From: Euglena gracilis
Taxonomy: Eukaryota
Length of the DNA: 64,000 nucleotides
Assembly: GCA_039621445.1 (NCBI GenBank)
Contig: CP154954.1
Location: forward strand, 41,161,572 to 41,225,571
Reading direction: 5' to 3'
A model generated the notes under the pieces. It was not told the DNA's origin. It was given only the letters and a program-made list of their open reading frames with translations, and did not search any database. The translations under genes were made by a program, and so were the position numbers. Of this stretch, positions 1 through 28,205 are shown one piece after another (positions within the stretch are counted from its first letter, which is position 1; each line of letters begins with the position of its first letter).

Positions 1-1107
1 GGGGGGGGGCGTTGTACGGGGGGGGAACCCTGTGCCGGCAAAAAATTGGCCACAGGTGGGGCATGTGGCCATTTCGGGCTGCTTTTTTGCCCAGTTTTGG
101 CATTGTTGGCCATTTTGGGCCATTTTGGGCCATTTTGGCGGTTTCCTTTGCCATTTTTCGTCATTTTTTACCGTGTTTGGCCATTTGTTTTAAACGAATT
201 TTTAGCGAAAAATGCACAAAATGTCGACCGTCAAAATGGGAACCCGTTGGGGATCAACGTTTCCCGAGCCCCCCCCCCCTCATTGATGGGGGTAAAGGCA
301 AAGCCCGAGCCAAGAGGATGAAGGAAAATTGCCAGAGAAAAAGAGGATGGCGGTTGAGAACTCTCAAAGTAGCTTGTAAGCACACCATCCCCCCCAAACT
401 TGTCCCCCCCCGGACACTGTCCCATACTCGGCCAAGGGTCCAAGGGTCCGCCAAAAGAAATTTGTTGAGCCCAAATCTTGTCCACCCCCCCCCCGAACTG
501 CCCCTACCCGGGCCAGTGTTAGCCTGGGAATGGGACAAGATCAGGGGGGGATGGTAATCAAAAACTTGTTTCATTCTCCTCAGTTGCAAAGAAAAGGGTC
601 CTCGGTGCACCACTTGGAACAGAAAACGACCTGCCAGCAACATCACAATCTCGCACACTTACATCAGTTTTATTCATTTCAGAAAATTTGTGATCATTTT
701 TGGGGGATATTGGCTTTTTTCTTGCCATTTTTGTGGGGCATTTTCAGCCATTTTTTGGCAGTAATGCCAACAAATTACAAAAGAAAACTTCTGTGAAACA
801 TACAAATTTAAAAAGCTAGATTAAGTCACACAATTCTTCCTTCGCACACATAAAGATCGCACATGATCGGGGGGGGGGGGTCGTCAGACGCTGCCCGTCA
901 GTCGCCCGGTCGTTGGACAAGGGGGGCGGGAGGTAAATGCACACACACAAACACACACACACACGCGCGCGCGTGATGGCACACTAAATACAAACACCAC
1001 ACACGCCTCGCGCGCACATGCACGCACACACGTGCACATGCGCGCATACACACATAAGACACAACCAAACACCGCAGCAAACCCACTTCAAGGGCAGTGC
1101 CCTGGCC

Positions 1108-15532
<14,425 letters not shown>

Positions 15533-15581
15533 TGTGCACGGCGGAGGGCGGCCCAAACGAAGCCGGGTTTAACGTCGATAT

Positions 15582-15600
15582 CTGAGAACAGGAAGGCGGA
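15582..15600 (-). promoter_or_regulatory. Candidate spliced-leader (trans-)splice acceptor
   Basis: Polypyrimidine tract plus CAG (tccgccttcctgttctcAG), ~50 nt upstream of the ATG; conserved in the paralogue. Confidence 0.5.
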
Positions 15601-18054
15601 ATGGATGAGGGGTGGGGAGGGAGGGTTTTGAACTGGCTCCCAGGCAACAGCGTAGCACAGGATGCAAAACTGACGGTGTTGCATTTCTGTTATGTGCGGC
15701 TCCCCAGAGCCAAATCTCTCTGCTTCCCAGAACGTGGAGAGGCAGGGCCAAAGTGGTTCAAAAGCACACACACACACCCCAGGGACTGGGAGGCACAGAG
15801 ACTTGCTGAGGACTCAGCAATGGTTACACTCATTTGCCGGCTTCTGCATTCCTGGGAGTGTTTCACTCTGAGAATGCTGGATTTCCAGGCTGACTCTCCG
15901 GCTGGGTGCTGTGGAAACGAGGCAGAAACAAAGGGGAATGGCCCCCTCAAAATTGAAGCAGAAAATTGTCGCACAGAGGTATAGCACAGTCAAATCCCAC
16001 TGTCTTCAACACCTACAATGCCAACCAGAAAATACCCGCAGCCACTTACAGTAATCTTCACGGATCTTCACGGAAGCGGCAGAGCAAGGAAGAATGCGAC
16101 GGACATCCATGCGCAGCTGCACACTACACCGTAGAGCAGAACTGTTCACTGTCCCCCTCCCTGCCCCTCTGACTTTCCTTTTCCTCCCTCTGGTGAAGGG
16201 AGCCGATGGAAAGAGGGGCTAGGGACAGGGCTGGACGGGAAGATTTGGTGTCGGACCCCCCACCACCATCCAAAACAGTGCAAGCGAACTTTCCTTTGGC
16301 GCCGAAAGCTTTGAAGGAAAAAAGTTTGATATGGAAATTGGTGCCCCTGGGGAAAAAAGGGGGGGGTCCCACCCACCCACCCACCCACCCACCCGGGGGG
16401 GGGGTCCCACCAACCACGATGACAGGATGAGGGCGGGGGGGATGCCTACCCCGCATGGGGTTTCTCGGTTTCTCGTCCAACTCTGGCTGGGGCACGGGTG
16501 GCACGGGATGTCGCCGCAGGAGGGGAAAAACACCCTGCCGGGAAGGGAGGGCCACACAGCGCCGGCTACGGATGCAGGCCAGCCCTGCACCCCGCTGCCA
16601 GCGCCCGGACCAGATCGGTGCATCCGGACGGGGCGAGGAGGTCCGCACCTCCATCCTTTCTCCGCAGTTGCACATCGCACAACAATGGCAGCGAAGAAAA
16701 GGAACAGTGCTGGGAATAAGTCCAGAACTTCAAAATATCCATTTCTTTTTGACAAGCAGCCAACAATGAAGACCACTCAAACCCTGGGGATGCCTGGCCT
16801 CTTGGGGTGGGTGGGCGGGCTGGGTTGATTCTCAAAATGGACGGCTGGGGTCAGGCCTTCATCCCTTTAGATGCACTTCATCCCCCTGGGGGTGCAACAA
16901 ATTCCATCCAGAACCAGAGGCAGACATTTTCAAACAAAACATCACACGGTTTCCAGCAGCAGGCAGGGGTACCAGCTTGGCCTGGTCATGTCTACGGCCC
17001 CGCAATGGCGGTAGCGCCGTGACTGGGACTGTGGGCTGTGGGCTGTGGGCTGTGTGTTGTGCAATGGAGGCGGGCCCCACATGGGTCGAGGAAGTGCCCC
17101 CCCCCACCCAACCTGCGGCACACACCGGTGCCTGGGGGAGAGGAACAGACCCCCCACAGTGGTGCCCACACCGGACGTCCTGGGGACAGAGGGAGGAGGC
17201 TAAGCAAGCAAGAAAGCAAGACAAACGTCGGTGGCCAGAGGTGGCCAGGAAGGATATAACATGTAACTTGTAACTTGTATAACAGGTGGGAAGACAGCGG
17301 TCCTGTTGCTGCCAGGGCACGGCGCGGGCTGGGGCCACGGCTGGAGACGCCGCGTGTTACCTTGGCGAGGACTCCAGGCTGGTGCGAAATTGTTGAAACG
17401 GTCTGTGGACACAGGCAAGGGATTATGGGACAAGGTTGACAAGGCGTTCCGCCTGTGAAGCCAGCTGTTAGGTCACACATCCCACCCACACACAACCACA
17501 CCCACATCCACACCCACACCCACACACAGACACACACACACACACACACACACACGTAGACACATAAACACACACACACACGACACAAAACACACACACA
17601 CACACACGACCCATCGTCGACAACAAGGAGAGACTGGAGGCTCTGTCCTGAGGGACTGAAAAGGGGGTGGGCCCAGGTTGCTGGGCGGACCGCAGCGCGT
17701 GTGGCAAAGGGCCAGAGGCCAAAGCGGCATGGTTGCAGCCAAAGGGAGGGAAGCGGAGGCGGCCAGGAGGGAGTGACACTGGGGTGTGACATATGCGTGG
17801 CATATGCTGTGCTGGGTGAACGACCGAGCGACGCGGCTCTGCAGTCAGTTGGGATTGTTTCCTGCCGTTTTCCTACCAGAGTGCAGAGTGCCGTCCACCT
17901 GTGAGGAGGTGCATGGTCAGCAGAACCCACTCTTGCATGCTATATGTACATATACATACATATATGTACATATGTGTATGTATATGTGTGTGTGTCTGTA
18001 TGGCAGGCGGGTAGCAAGCCCCCCTGGGGGGCCCTTGCTGCTCACCACCCCCCA

Positions 18055-18387
18055 CTGGGTGGTTGGAGTTACTGATTGCTGAAGGGTTAGGGTTAAGACC
18101 GGCTGGCCGGATTTCCACCCCCGCACGTGAGACGCGTATCCGGCCTCCCTGCCGGATAACAATGCCTGCATCGCAAATCCTAGCACCCGCCCTATTCCTG
18201 TCACTCCAAAGACCAGGAGGGCTCAATTCCCCAACCATTCGGCGGGCTTTACTGCCGATCTGCCACTTTGGGAATCGCGCGGCCGAGGCAGGCCGGATGC
18301 GCGTTTCACGCGGGGGGAAAGAATCCAGTTGGCCGGTCCTAACCCAAACCCCTGTGCTTTCAGTAAGCAGTAACACCAACCACCCTG
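18055..18387. mobile_element. MITE with ~70-bp TIRs containing TTAGGG-like units (second copy ~25794-26144)
   Basis: gggtggttggagttactgattgctgaagggttagggttaagaccgg ... ccggtcctaacccaaaccc...cagtaagcagtaacaccaaccaccc. Confidence 0.65.
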
Positions 18388-18409
18388 CTACGCATGCCCG
18401 CCTGCGAAG

Positions 18410-18670
18410 TATACATACATACACATATACACACACATACATACATACATACATACAAACATACATACATACATACATACATACATACATACATACATAC
18501 ATACATACATACATACATACATACATACATACATACATACATACATACATACATACATACATACATACATACATACATACATACATACATAACATACATA
18601 CATACATACATACATACATACATACATACATACATACATACATACATACATACATACATACATACACACA

Positions 18671-18701
<31 letters not shown>

Positions 18702-18743
18702 CATACATACATACATACATACATACATACATACATACACACA

Positions 18744-18774
<31 letters not shown>

Positions 18775-18920
18775 CATACATACATACATACATACATACA
18801 TACATACATACATACATACATACATACATACATACATACATACATACATACATACATACATACATACATACATACATACATACATACATGCATACATACA
18901 TACATACATACATGCATGCA
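18410..18920. repeat. (ACAT)n microsatellite
   Basis: Seen directly. Confidence 0.95.
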
Positions 18921-19539
18921 TACCCCCCACCTTGTCCAACGATCACTAAATATCGCTGCTGACCTGCGGGGGGTCGCTATTTTGATCAAATATCGCTACT
19001 GACCGGGGGGGGGGGGGGGCAGTTAGACAAGGCCGGGGTCAAATTTTTTTCTCTCGCTTCGTGCCAAGGTGAACAAAAGGTGAAAAAAATGGCCAAAGGT
19101 GGTCAAAAGGGGGCAAAACGTGGATAAGGCAGTCAGAAATGGCTTAAAATGGCCTCAAATGTGCAAAAAAAAATAGCCAGAAGCAGCCAAAAACTGGCAT
19201 AAATGAAGCAAAAATGCATTCAAAGCAGCCAAAAGTGATTTAAATTGCCAAATGCAGCCCAGAGTGGCCAAAAGTGGCCGAAAATGGCCAAAAGTGGTCG
19301 AAAATGGCCAAAAACGTGGCCCAAAAAAAGCCAAAAGTTGCTGATTTGCATGAAAAACAGGCAAAAAAAGAATGGAAATAAACTATACATGGGATACTAG
19401 TGGAAACTTGTGAAAATTGCAAACGCTAGCGTCTGGAAAAAAGATCACCTGGAAAAAGATCGCTACTGACCGGGGGGGTCGTTGGACAAGGCCGGTCGTT
19501 GGACAAGGGGGGGGGGAGGTACATACACACATACACACA

Positions 19540-19540
19540 T

Positions 19541-19635
<95 letters not shown>

Positions 19636-19713
19636 CACAGACAGGCAGGCAGGCAGACAGGGACATGCAGGCAGCCAGGCATATGCAGGCAGCCAGGCAC
19701 ATGCAGGCAGACA

Positions 19714-19754
<41 letters not shown>

Positions 19755-19770
19755 ACAGACAGACAGACAG
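19540..19770. repeat. (ACAG)n/(GCAG)n microsatellite
   Basis: Seen directly. Confidence 0.95.
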
Positions 19771-19774
19771 ACAT

Positions 19775-20259
19775 GGCAGCCTCCAACGATGCGGCCCGCG
19801 GGTCGGATAGTTGGATCGGGGGGGGGGGTCGTATGGTGGGACCTGGGTCCCACCTTTCGACTTTTCGGGCCCGCCAAGGAAATGCGTGGTTTCCGGGCCA
19901 CCGGCGACGGATTTGGAGAGGATTCCCGCTGAATTTTCGGAATAGGGTTAGGGTTAGGATCAGGCCGAGAATCGGCCAACTTTGGGGCCAAGTGAGGCCG
20001 GAAGTTAGGTCCCCCTTTCGGAAGTTTTTTGACACGTTTTTGTCTAAAAATGTCCGAATTCAGCCTAAATTCGGCCCGAATTCGTCCAGATGGCGGCCTA
20101 ACTTCCCCAAAATGGGTGCCCGACGGCCTGCCGACCGTAACCCTTTCCCCATCCCAATCAATAACCCCAAATTTCTCCACTGGTCGGACCCAGGTCCCAC
20201 CATACGACCCCTCCCCCTTCCAACTAAACGACCTGCGGGCTGTTTAGTTGGAGGCTGCC
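19775..20259. mobile_element. MITE with GGCAGCCTCCAAC TIRs
   Basis: Perfect 13-bp TIR; flanks acagacat / acatacat, so TSD is 4 or ~8 bp; superfamily uncertain. Confidence 0.65.
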
Positions 20260-21290
20260 ACATACATGCATGCATGCATGCATGCATGCATAAATACAAA
20301 CATATATTGCATGGTATTTATGGCGTCTGTCCTGGTGAGGGCGGTCCGCAGCTTGCATGTTTGGGATTGTCATTCAGGTTGGGTTGCTTGCTACGTCCTT
20401 CGTTGCACAAAGTGCCAAACCCCTGCAGAGATATTGGTAAATGCATAGGCCCAAAGATGGACGCCGGCACCACGGGTGTGAAGGACTCAGGTGCTCAAAC
20501 TTAACTTGAGTTTGTTCATGAGGACATGTAATATGAGACGAACATGGCAGCTGGGCTTCGGGTGGGGTTGCTCCATAGCAAAAGACCACAAAAGACCACA
20601 TTATTCATGGGGCTAAAAATATTGGCCAACCGTTCATATTTTTAAGGCTGGGCAAGACCAAAAAGCGGGGGATCGGGATACGTCAGGAACGTGCGCATGC
20701 CAAGTTTGCCACGTTCTTCCCTTGCTCCCACTTGTGGTCCAGCACTGCACCTGGCGGAGTGGGTCACCTGGCTGTCGTAGGAGGGGAGTCGGTCAGGGGG
20801 AACACAGAGCCGGAGCAGACCAAGCAGCTCACAAACCCATCCTGGTGACCAAGGCCAGGGTCCGGCAATAGGGAGGGGGATGCTGAGGGGGGGGGGGAGA
20901 TAGCGCACACACACTCACCCACCCACCCACGTAGACACATCCACACACACACACACACTCACACACAAAACACACGCACACACATACGCATGACCCATCG
21001 TCGACAACAAGGAGAGACTGGAGGCTCTCTGTCCTGAAGGACTGAAAAGGGGGTGGGCGGACCGCAGCGGACCGCAGCGGACCTGCTGGGCGGACCGCAG
21101 CGCGTGTGGCAAAGGGCCAGAGGCCAAAGCGGAGGGAAATGGAGGCGGCCAGGAGGGAGTGGCACTGGGGTGTGACATATGCATGGCATATGCGGGGGTT
21201 GCCGTGCTGGGTGAACGACCAAACGACGCGACTCTGCAGTCAGTTGGGATTGTTTCCTGCCGTTTTCCTACCTGTGCAGAGTGCCATCCA

Positions 21291-21998
21291 CAAGGATGGA
21301 TATTGATATTGGGTTGGGGGGGGTCCCGATAAAACCCGATTTTTCGACCCCCCCCCCCCGATATCCACGATAAATCCGAGGAAAACCGATATGGAGAAAT
21401 AATTTAGGCCAACCTTGGGGCATTTTGGGTCATGAAGCCACTATTTGCTCATTTTCCAATCCATTTTGGCAATTTTGGGTCATCTTGCGCTCCTTTTGGG
21501 CAATGTGGACTATTTTTGGCTTTTTTTTTTGGTCCATCAAGAGTTCCTTTGGGCCACTTCTGGCAAGTTTTGCAAATTTGGGGAACCTTGAGCAGTATTC
21601 AGGCATTTTGGGCATTTTTGGCCATTTTTTTGGCTTATTTTTTTTCTTTGGGTCCATTTTAGGTCAAGTCAAGCTATTTTTTGGCCTTTTTGGGCCATTT
21701 TTTTTTTTTTTTTCCACTTTGCAATATTTTGGGCTATATTTTTGAACATTTTGGGGTTTAAATTCTGCATTTGGGTTGGTGATTCCTGATTTGGTGCTGA
21801 ACTCCCAACTTGATGACATCGATACTTTTTTTTCAAATTTTGCTGTTCGGAGATTCCAAATTTGGTTATAACAGGGACCAAAAACAAGGGAAAAGTGCAT
21901 GAACCCCCCCCCAATAAAGCCGATATTTTTTTTCGGACCCAATATAATCGATATTTTCGATAAAGCCGATATGGGCCGATAACCAATATCCATCCTTG
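21291..21998. mobile_element. hAT-like MITE
   Basis: TIR CAAGGATGGATATTG; TSD ccRtccac; empty site at ~17891 (gtgccgtccacctgtgagg). Confidence 0.75.
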
Positions 21999-22056
21999 CC
22001 GTCCACCTGTGAGGGGGTGCGTGGTCAGCGGAGCCCACCCTTGCATGGTATATATA

Positions 22057-22548
22057 CGGCAAAGCCAATTCTCTGCCCCCCCCCCCCCGGGGCCAGTGGT
22101 TGTACCTACCGGGGACTTCGGCCGCCCAGGTGAAACTACTGGGTCCCCCCACATTTTCCCAGGGAAATCCGTGCACCGGAGGAAAATTTTTTTGAAGATG
22201 GAGCAGGTTTTGGGGTTAATTTCCGGAATAGGGTTAGGGTTAGGGTAGGGTTAGGGTTAGGGGTTTGGGGTTAGGGGGAATTAGGCAGTTCGAGCAAATT
22301 TCGGCCCAGTTTCGACCGAATTTTAGGCCGAATTTTGGGCCCCCTTTTTTCATCCGATTTCGACCGTACTTTTTCCCGGAATTGTAACCCTAACCCAAAT
22401 CCAAATCCTATCCCCACCCCAAAAATTAACGGAAACACTGTACATCGCGAAACCCAAAAATTGGAGTTGGTGAAAGAAGTGGGACACCCCCAGGTTAAAC
22501 CACTGCCCCCCCGGGGGGCGGGGGGGGGCAGAGAATTAGCCTTGCCAT
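22057..22548. mobile_element. MITE with GGCAARGCYAATTCTCTG TIRs, containing interstitial TTAGGG repeats
   Basis: Inverted termini at ~22058 and ~22546; (TTAGGG)n at 22230-22276. Confidence 0.6.
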
Positions 22549-22615
22549 GTGCATATATATAAACATATTTGTATGTGTATTTTTTCTATTATTCATATGG
22601 CAGGCGGGTAGCAAG

Positions 22616-23627
22616 CAGGGGGGGGAGAAACTGCACACGGGCCGGTAAAAAACTGGACTGCAAAAAAAACTGAAAAAAAAAACTGCAAAAAAAAAACTGC
22701 ACTTCAACAAAAAAGAACAATAAACAAGCTGAAATGGTGTGCATCTGCAAAACAACGTAAATTGCGACCACAGGAGCACGCCCCAATTCACATAACTTTT
22801 TTGCACAGCTTTGGAGCCGATGACGACAAAATGGAAGCACTCAATCAAGGTGCACTATGCATGGCTTTTCATGCACTGAAATGCAAGTCATGTGTTTGGA
22901 TGCCGGGTCACACCGGTTTTCCTGCACATGCCAAGATGCCAAACGGTTTCCTTTCTAAATATGGGGAAAATGCACATTTACCCATACACATGAATTTTAA
23001 ATGCTTTCATTTCTTGCAGGGGATGTTCAGTTTGGAACTTTCGGTCTTTGAAGCATTTGGATTGTGTGACATTTGGCCACAATGCTTGGGGCAAGACCCA
23101 ATCTTCTTCAGGAGCTTGTGCTCCATTGCGGCATCGCGAATTTCGAAATCCTCAACTCCAACTTCAGCCAAAATTTGCACAAAAAAGAAACAATTTTTGG
23201 ATTTAGTCCCTAGGAATCCCAACGTAAATAGTTGAATCTGCTCAGGAGTGTGCAAATGGCGCTTGCCAAAATAAGCATCGTGACATCTGTCACCACAGGC
23301 TGGAGACGGAGCAATTTTGGTTGGGGAAAAGTTGTGGGTTTGTCACCAAAACAATCTGTTTTTTTTTGGAATGGTGGCTACACCAATCTCTGTTGTATTC
23401 AGAGGCAAGACAGCTGGCAAGACAGTTTGGGGCAAGACAATTGGTGGGATAACTGTAGACAACACAACTCGTGAACAGGTGATGCTTTTTCTTGAGAAAC
23501 ACCCTTCAAACATAGAATCCAGCACCAAAAAAAAACAGACGCCTCAGGTTTCCTCAAAACAGGAATCAAAAAAACTGCAAAAAAAAACTGCAAAAAAAAA
23601 ACTGCACGGTGCATGTTTCCCCCCCTG
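22616..23627. mobile_element. hAT-like MITE
   Basis: CAGGGGGGG...CCCCCCTG termini; TSD (g)tagcaag; empty site at ~18010 (ggcgggtagcaagccccc). Confidence 0.7.
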
Positions 23628-26245
23628 TAGCAAGCCCCCCTGGGGGCCCTTGCTATTCACGACCAGGGGACCTTGACGACGTCCTTAAGGACCCCCCCCC
23701 CCGGGGGTCCAGCCTCCGGCTGAAAAACAGGCTGCTGGCTGGAAACGAGCTGTTGGCTGGACTCCCCCCCCGGGGAGATGGGGGGTCGCTGAGCTCTTAT
23801 CCCTTTATGGGTAAGAGCGAAGCTCAATTCTGGGCAAAAGGGGGGGGTCGGACCCCCCCTCCCCCCCCCCCTGGGTCGGGGCCACCTCGGGAACCGGCGG
23901 ATTATCACCATGATCACGGTTCCATTCCCGGAATTTGTCTTCAGTCGCGAGCGACTGGATTTCTAGTTTCCGAATCACCTCCGTTTGACCCCCAACTCCC
24001 CACCAGGCCCGAGTTATCCAGCCGCGAAGGGGTCCAAACTGGGTAGGATTGGCCCGCCCTCCCCCTCTTCCGGCTCTGCCATTTCGCCGGGGTCCAAAAA
24101 TCGGTCAAAAAATCGTTTTTCAAAAATATCTCGACATTATCTCCGGAAGTGTCCCACTGACAAAATGCACCCTCGGAGGCCCTCTATCACCCCGTTCACC
24201 ATTTTGGCCGCCGACATGCATGCAAGCCAACTCCGGCCAAGCATGCATTTTTGCGGCCCAAAACGGCCATTTTGGGGAGTTTTTGGGGCCGTCTTTTGCT
24301 CAAAAAATCGGGTTTTTCAAAACATCTCGACAATGAAACAAAATCAAAGAAAAATGAAGCCCTTCAAATGCCCTATCCAACCATACTTTCCCCTCGACTG
24401 TTCGTGCAGCCCGAGTCACAGCCATTTCCCGGCCAATTTTGGCCCATTTCTGGGGCCATTTTGGGTCATTTTGGGGGTCAAAAAATCGATGTTTCCAAAA
24501 TATCTCGAAAATGAAGCAAAATCAAAGAAAACGTCCGGAGACCCAAATTAAAGCCCTTACAGTGCCCCATCTAAGGGCATTTTGATTTCCCCGCAACTCC
24601 CCGCCTGGCCCGAAATATGGCCGATTTAAAGCCAAAAACAGCACGGCAGGGCTTGTGACTCAGCCGTTTTCGGCCCCTTTTGGGTCCAAAAATCAATTTT
24701 TCTAAAATTGCTCAAAAATGGTGGGGAATCAAAGGAAATGTCCGGAGACCTGAATTGAAGCCCTCAAAATGCCCCATCTAACAGTGTTTTGATTTCCCGG
24801 CAACTCCCCACCCAGTCCAAGTTACGGCCATTTTTCGGCCGATTTTGGCCATTTTGTGCAGTTTTGGCCTGTTTTGACTTAGCCCTTTTGACCATTTTCG
24901 GTAAAAAAAAAAAAGTCGAAAATCAATTTTTTTTGCCTGAAACCATGTTTTTTGGCCTCCCAGCCCGGAAAAACGGTTTTTGAGCCGAAATTGAGTGTTT
25001 TTTGCCCCCCCCCAGCACCCCCCCCCCGTTTTTGACCCGAAACCAATGGATTTTGGGTCAAAAACAGGTCGAAAAAGTCGAAAAATCAAACTTTTTTTGC
25101 CTGGAACGATGTTTTTTGGCCTCCAGGACCCGGAAAACCTGGTTTTCAGCCGAAAATGAGCGTTTTCGACCCCCCCCCCCGGCCCCCGTTTTTGCCCGGA
25201 AAGCCATGGATTTTGGGTCATTTCTGGGTCAAAAAAAGCCGAAGAAAACTGAAGAAAAGGGGTGGGGAGGGGTATGGTGGGGTCTGTGCCCTAATATTGT
25301 GAGTCACCGTAAATTGCAAGTGTGAAATTTGTAAAACATAAATTACGCAAAGTTGCAATGCTAGTATTTTCGGCCTTCCATTACGTGCAAGTCCGATTAA
25401 GAGCTCAGCGCTATTCAAAATCTGGTCCGGGGCTTGAGCGGGCTGGGCTGGGCTGGGTCGATGAAAAACAAACTGTTCTAAAACATTTTTGCCCTCTTGA
25501 CATTTTGATGGACGGAGCTGGATCAAGGCTGTGATGGAGGAAGCTGTGGTGAGGGGGAAAATGCAGGGACAGGTGAGCTGGGCAGCCCAGTTGGCTGGCC
25601 AGGCTGCGGCTGGCTGGCCTGGCCTTCGACCGGGATGGACGCGACTTTATTTCACTCGACCCCCCCTCCAAGGGGGGGGGGCAAGCCCCAAATTGGGCTG
25701 CTGGCTGGATTTGAGCTGCTGGCTGGACGGACCCCCCCAGGGGATGGGGTACCTTCCAGCTTAAGAAATCCCTTGTTACTCACGACCCCACACTGGGTGG
25801 TTGGAGTTACTGATTGCTGAAGGCGCAGAGGGTTAGGGTTAGGACCGGCTGGCCGGATTTCTGCCCCCGCACGCAGGTTGCGCATCCGGCCTCCCTGCGC
25901 GGGTGGCCTCATAACAATGCCCGCATCGCAAATCCTAGCACCCGCCCTATTCCTGTCACTCCAAAGGCTAGGAGGACTCAGTCCCCGAACCGTTCGACGG
26001 GTTTTACTGCCAATCTGCCACCTTTGGGAATCCCGCGGCTGAGGCCAGGCCGGATGCGCATTTCACGCGGGGGCGAAAATCCAGTTGGCTGGTCCTAATC
26101 CAAACCCCCTGTGCTTTCAGTAAGCAGTAACACCAACCACCCTCCGACCCACAGCCGCTTGCGAAATATACATACATACATACTTACATACACACATATG
26201 CACATACGTACATGCATGCATACTTATATACATACACACACACAC

Positions 26246-26284
<39 letters not shown>

Positions 26285-26998
26285 TTCAAATAGACACAGA
26301 CACACGGTCAGGCAGGCAGGCAGGCAGGCAGCCAGGCAGGCAGGCAGGCAGGGAGACAGACAGACAGACAAACAGAAAGACAGACAGACAGACAGAAAGA
26401 CAGATATATGGCGCCTGTCCGGGGTTTGGTTAGGGCGGTCCGCAGCCGGCATGTGTGGGATTGTCATTCAGGTTGGGTTGCTTGCTACGTCCTTCGTTGC
26501 ACAAAGTGCCAAACCCCTGCAGAGATATCGGTAAATGCATAGGCCCAAAGATGGACGCCGGCACCACGGGTGTGAAGGACTCAGGTGCTCAAACTTAACT
26601 TGAGTTTGTTCATGAGGACATGTAATATGATACGAACATGGCAGCTGGGCTTCGGGTGGGGTTGCTCTATAGCAAAAGACCACAAAAGACCACAATTTAT
26701 TCATGGGGCTAAAAATATTGGCCAACCGTTCGTATTTTCAAGGCTGGGCAAGACCAAAAAGCGGGGGATCGGGATACTTCAGGAACGTGCGCATGCCAAG
26801 TTTGCCACGTTCGTCCCTTGCTCCCACTTGTGGTCCAGCATTGCACCTGGCGGAGTGGGTCACCTGGCTGTCGTAGGAGGGGAGTCGGTCGGGGGGAACA
26901 CAGAGCCGGAGCAGACCAAGCAGCTCACAAACCCGCCACTCGCACTGTGGCCGGCGGCCGGGTGGGGAAGGCAGGGAAAAGAGAGCCGTAAACCTATA

Positions 26999-27473
26999 CC
27001 CGCCCCCCCCCCCGGGCTATCGTCGTGTGACAAATTGGGCAGCACGGAGGGGGGTGGCAATTTCCCGGGGTGACAATCTGGCCGGCACAGAGGGGGGCGT
27101 CAATTACCCGGGGGCGTCAATTGCCCACCCATATAAGCCACATTAACACCAAATGGCCAACAACACCATCTGAAACACAAGTGAATGGAGCAAAAATGCA
27201 GCTGTGATGGTGATACTTTGCAGAGCGTTTGGTATGCAAAAGCTCTCAGCACGCTGTAGCAAAACAGAATATCAATCGAGTCGTGTCGGCGAAAAGAAAG
27301 TTCACAGTGCAATACTGCAAACGGGGGTGATAAATTGGGCAGCACGGAAGGGGGTGACAATTTCCCGGGGTGACAAATTGGCCGGCACAGCCAGGGGTGA
27401 CAATTGCCTGGGGGCGTCAATTGCCCGGGGGAGGGGGGGATCAATTGCCCGGGGGGGGGAGGGGGGGGGCGGG
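26999..27473. mobile_element. TA-flanked MITE, same family as 6880-7384, opposite orientation
   Basis: TA|CCCGCCCCC...GGGGCGGG|TA; internal sequence is the reverse complement of 6880-7384. Confidence 0.7.
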
Positions 27474-28205
27474 TATGTATATGACGCCCGGCAGTCCCCC
27501 CTGTGACTAAAGGTGCGTCCCTGCCTGCACTGTGGTTTGCCAGCAAAGCTGTGCCTGTAGCGGTGCCAACTTGGGGAGACGTTCCCCCTCCATGCCCAAC
27601 GACTGGTAACCTCTGTCCTCTGGTGGCGGGTGGGCGCTCATGCCTTGTGAGATACAGGGTTCTGGCCAAAAAAAGGTGTCCTCCTTCCAAAGGTGGTCAG
27701 TCGCCACAGCCCCCCAGCCTTGACCAAGCTCCATTCATCAAAATGTCGAAAATGGCGAAAATGTATTAGAAAATTTTGTTTTTCATCGACCCAGCCCAGC
27801 CCAGCCCCCTCCAGCCCCTGACTCCCCTGTGCCCCCTGGGGGGGGGGGGGTCCAGCCAGCAGCTCATTTCCAGCCAGCAGCCTTTTTGCCAGCCGGAGGC
27901 TGGACCCCCCCCCCCGGGCCCTTAATAAAACCCCTGCCCCCAATCCTGGTGAGACAGGGGTGGGGGTTCAGTCCAAAAAAGCACTTCCACAGACTGGCCA
28001 GACCTCCAACAAAATGTCCTTCGACCGGGGGGGGGGGGTCTTAGACATAGAGGATCAATTAGGTTTCAAATGTGCTTCATCGCAGGAAGTTTCACTGGAA
28101 CTGCGGCGATGCTTTTGCGGCAGAGCGGTTTTCCTTCGGGGAAACCTGCCCCGGGACAACCCGGTCCATGTCAGACAGCCAGCCGTGCCGCCGGGCGGGA
28201 AAGGG

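Noticed and set aside
826-1107. Final intron (GGCCAGGGCACTGCCC...GGGCAGCGTCTG) and last exon at ~879-826
   Set aside because: Pairing is plausible, but the frame depends on a 12-nt homopolymer and the peptide is unconvincing; left unresolved.
15533-15600. Coding frame FLFSDIDVKPGFVWAAL upstream of the EF-hand-like gene
   Set aside because: It ends in TGA and is out of frame with the next exon; it reads better as acceptor plus 5' UTR before ATG 15532.
22230-22276. Chromosome end
   Set aside because: Short, degenerate and internal to a MITE.
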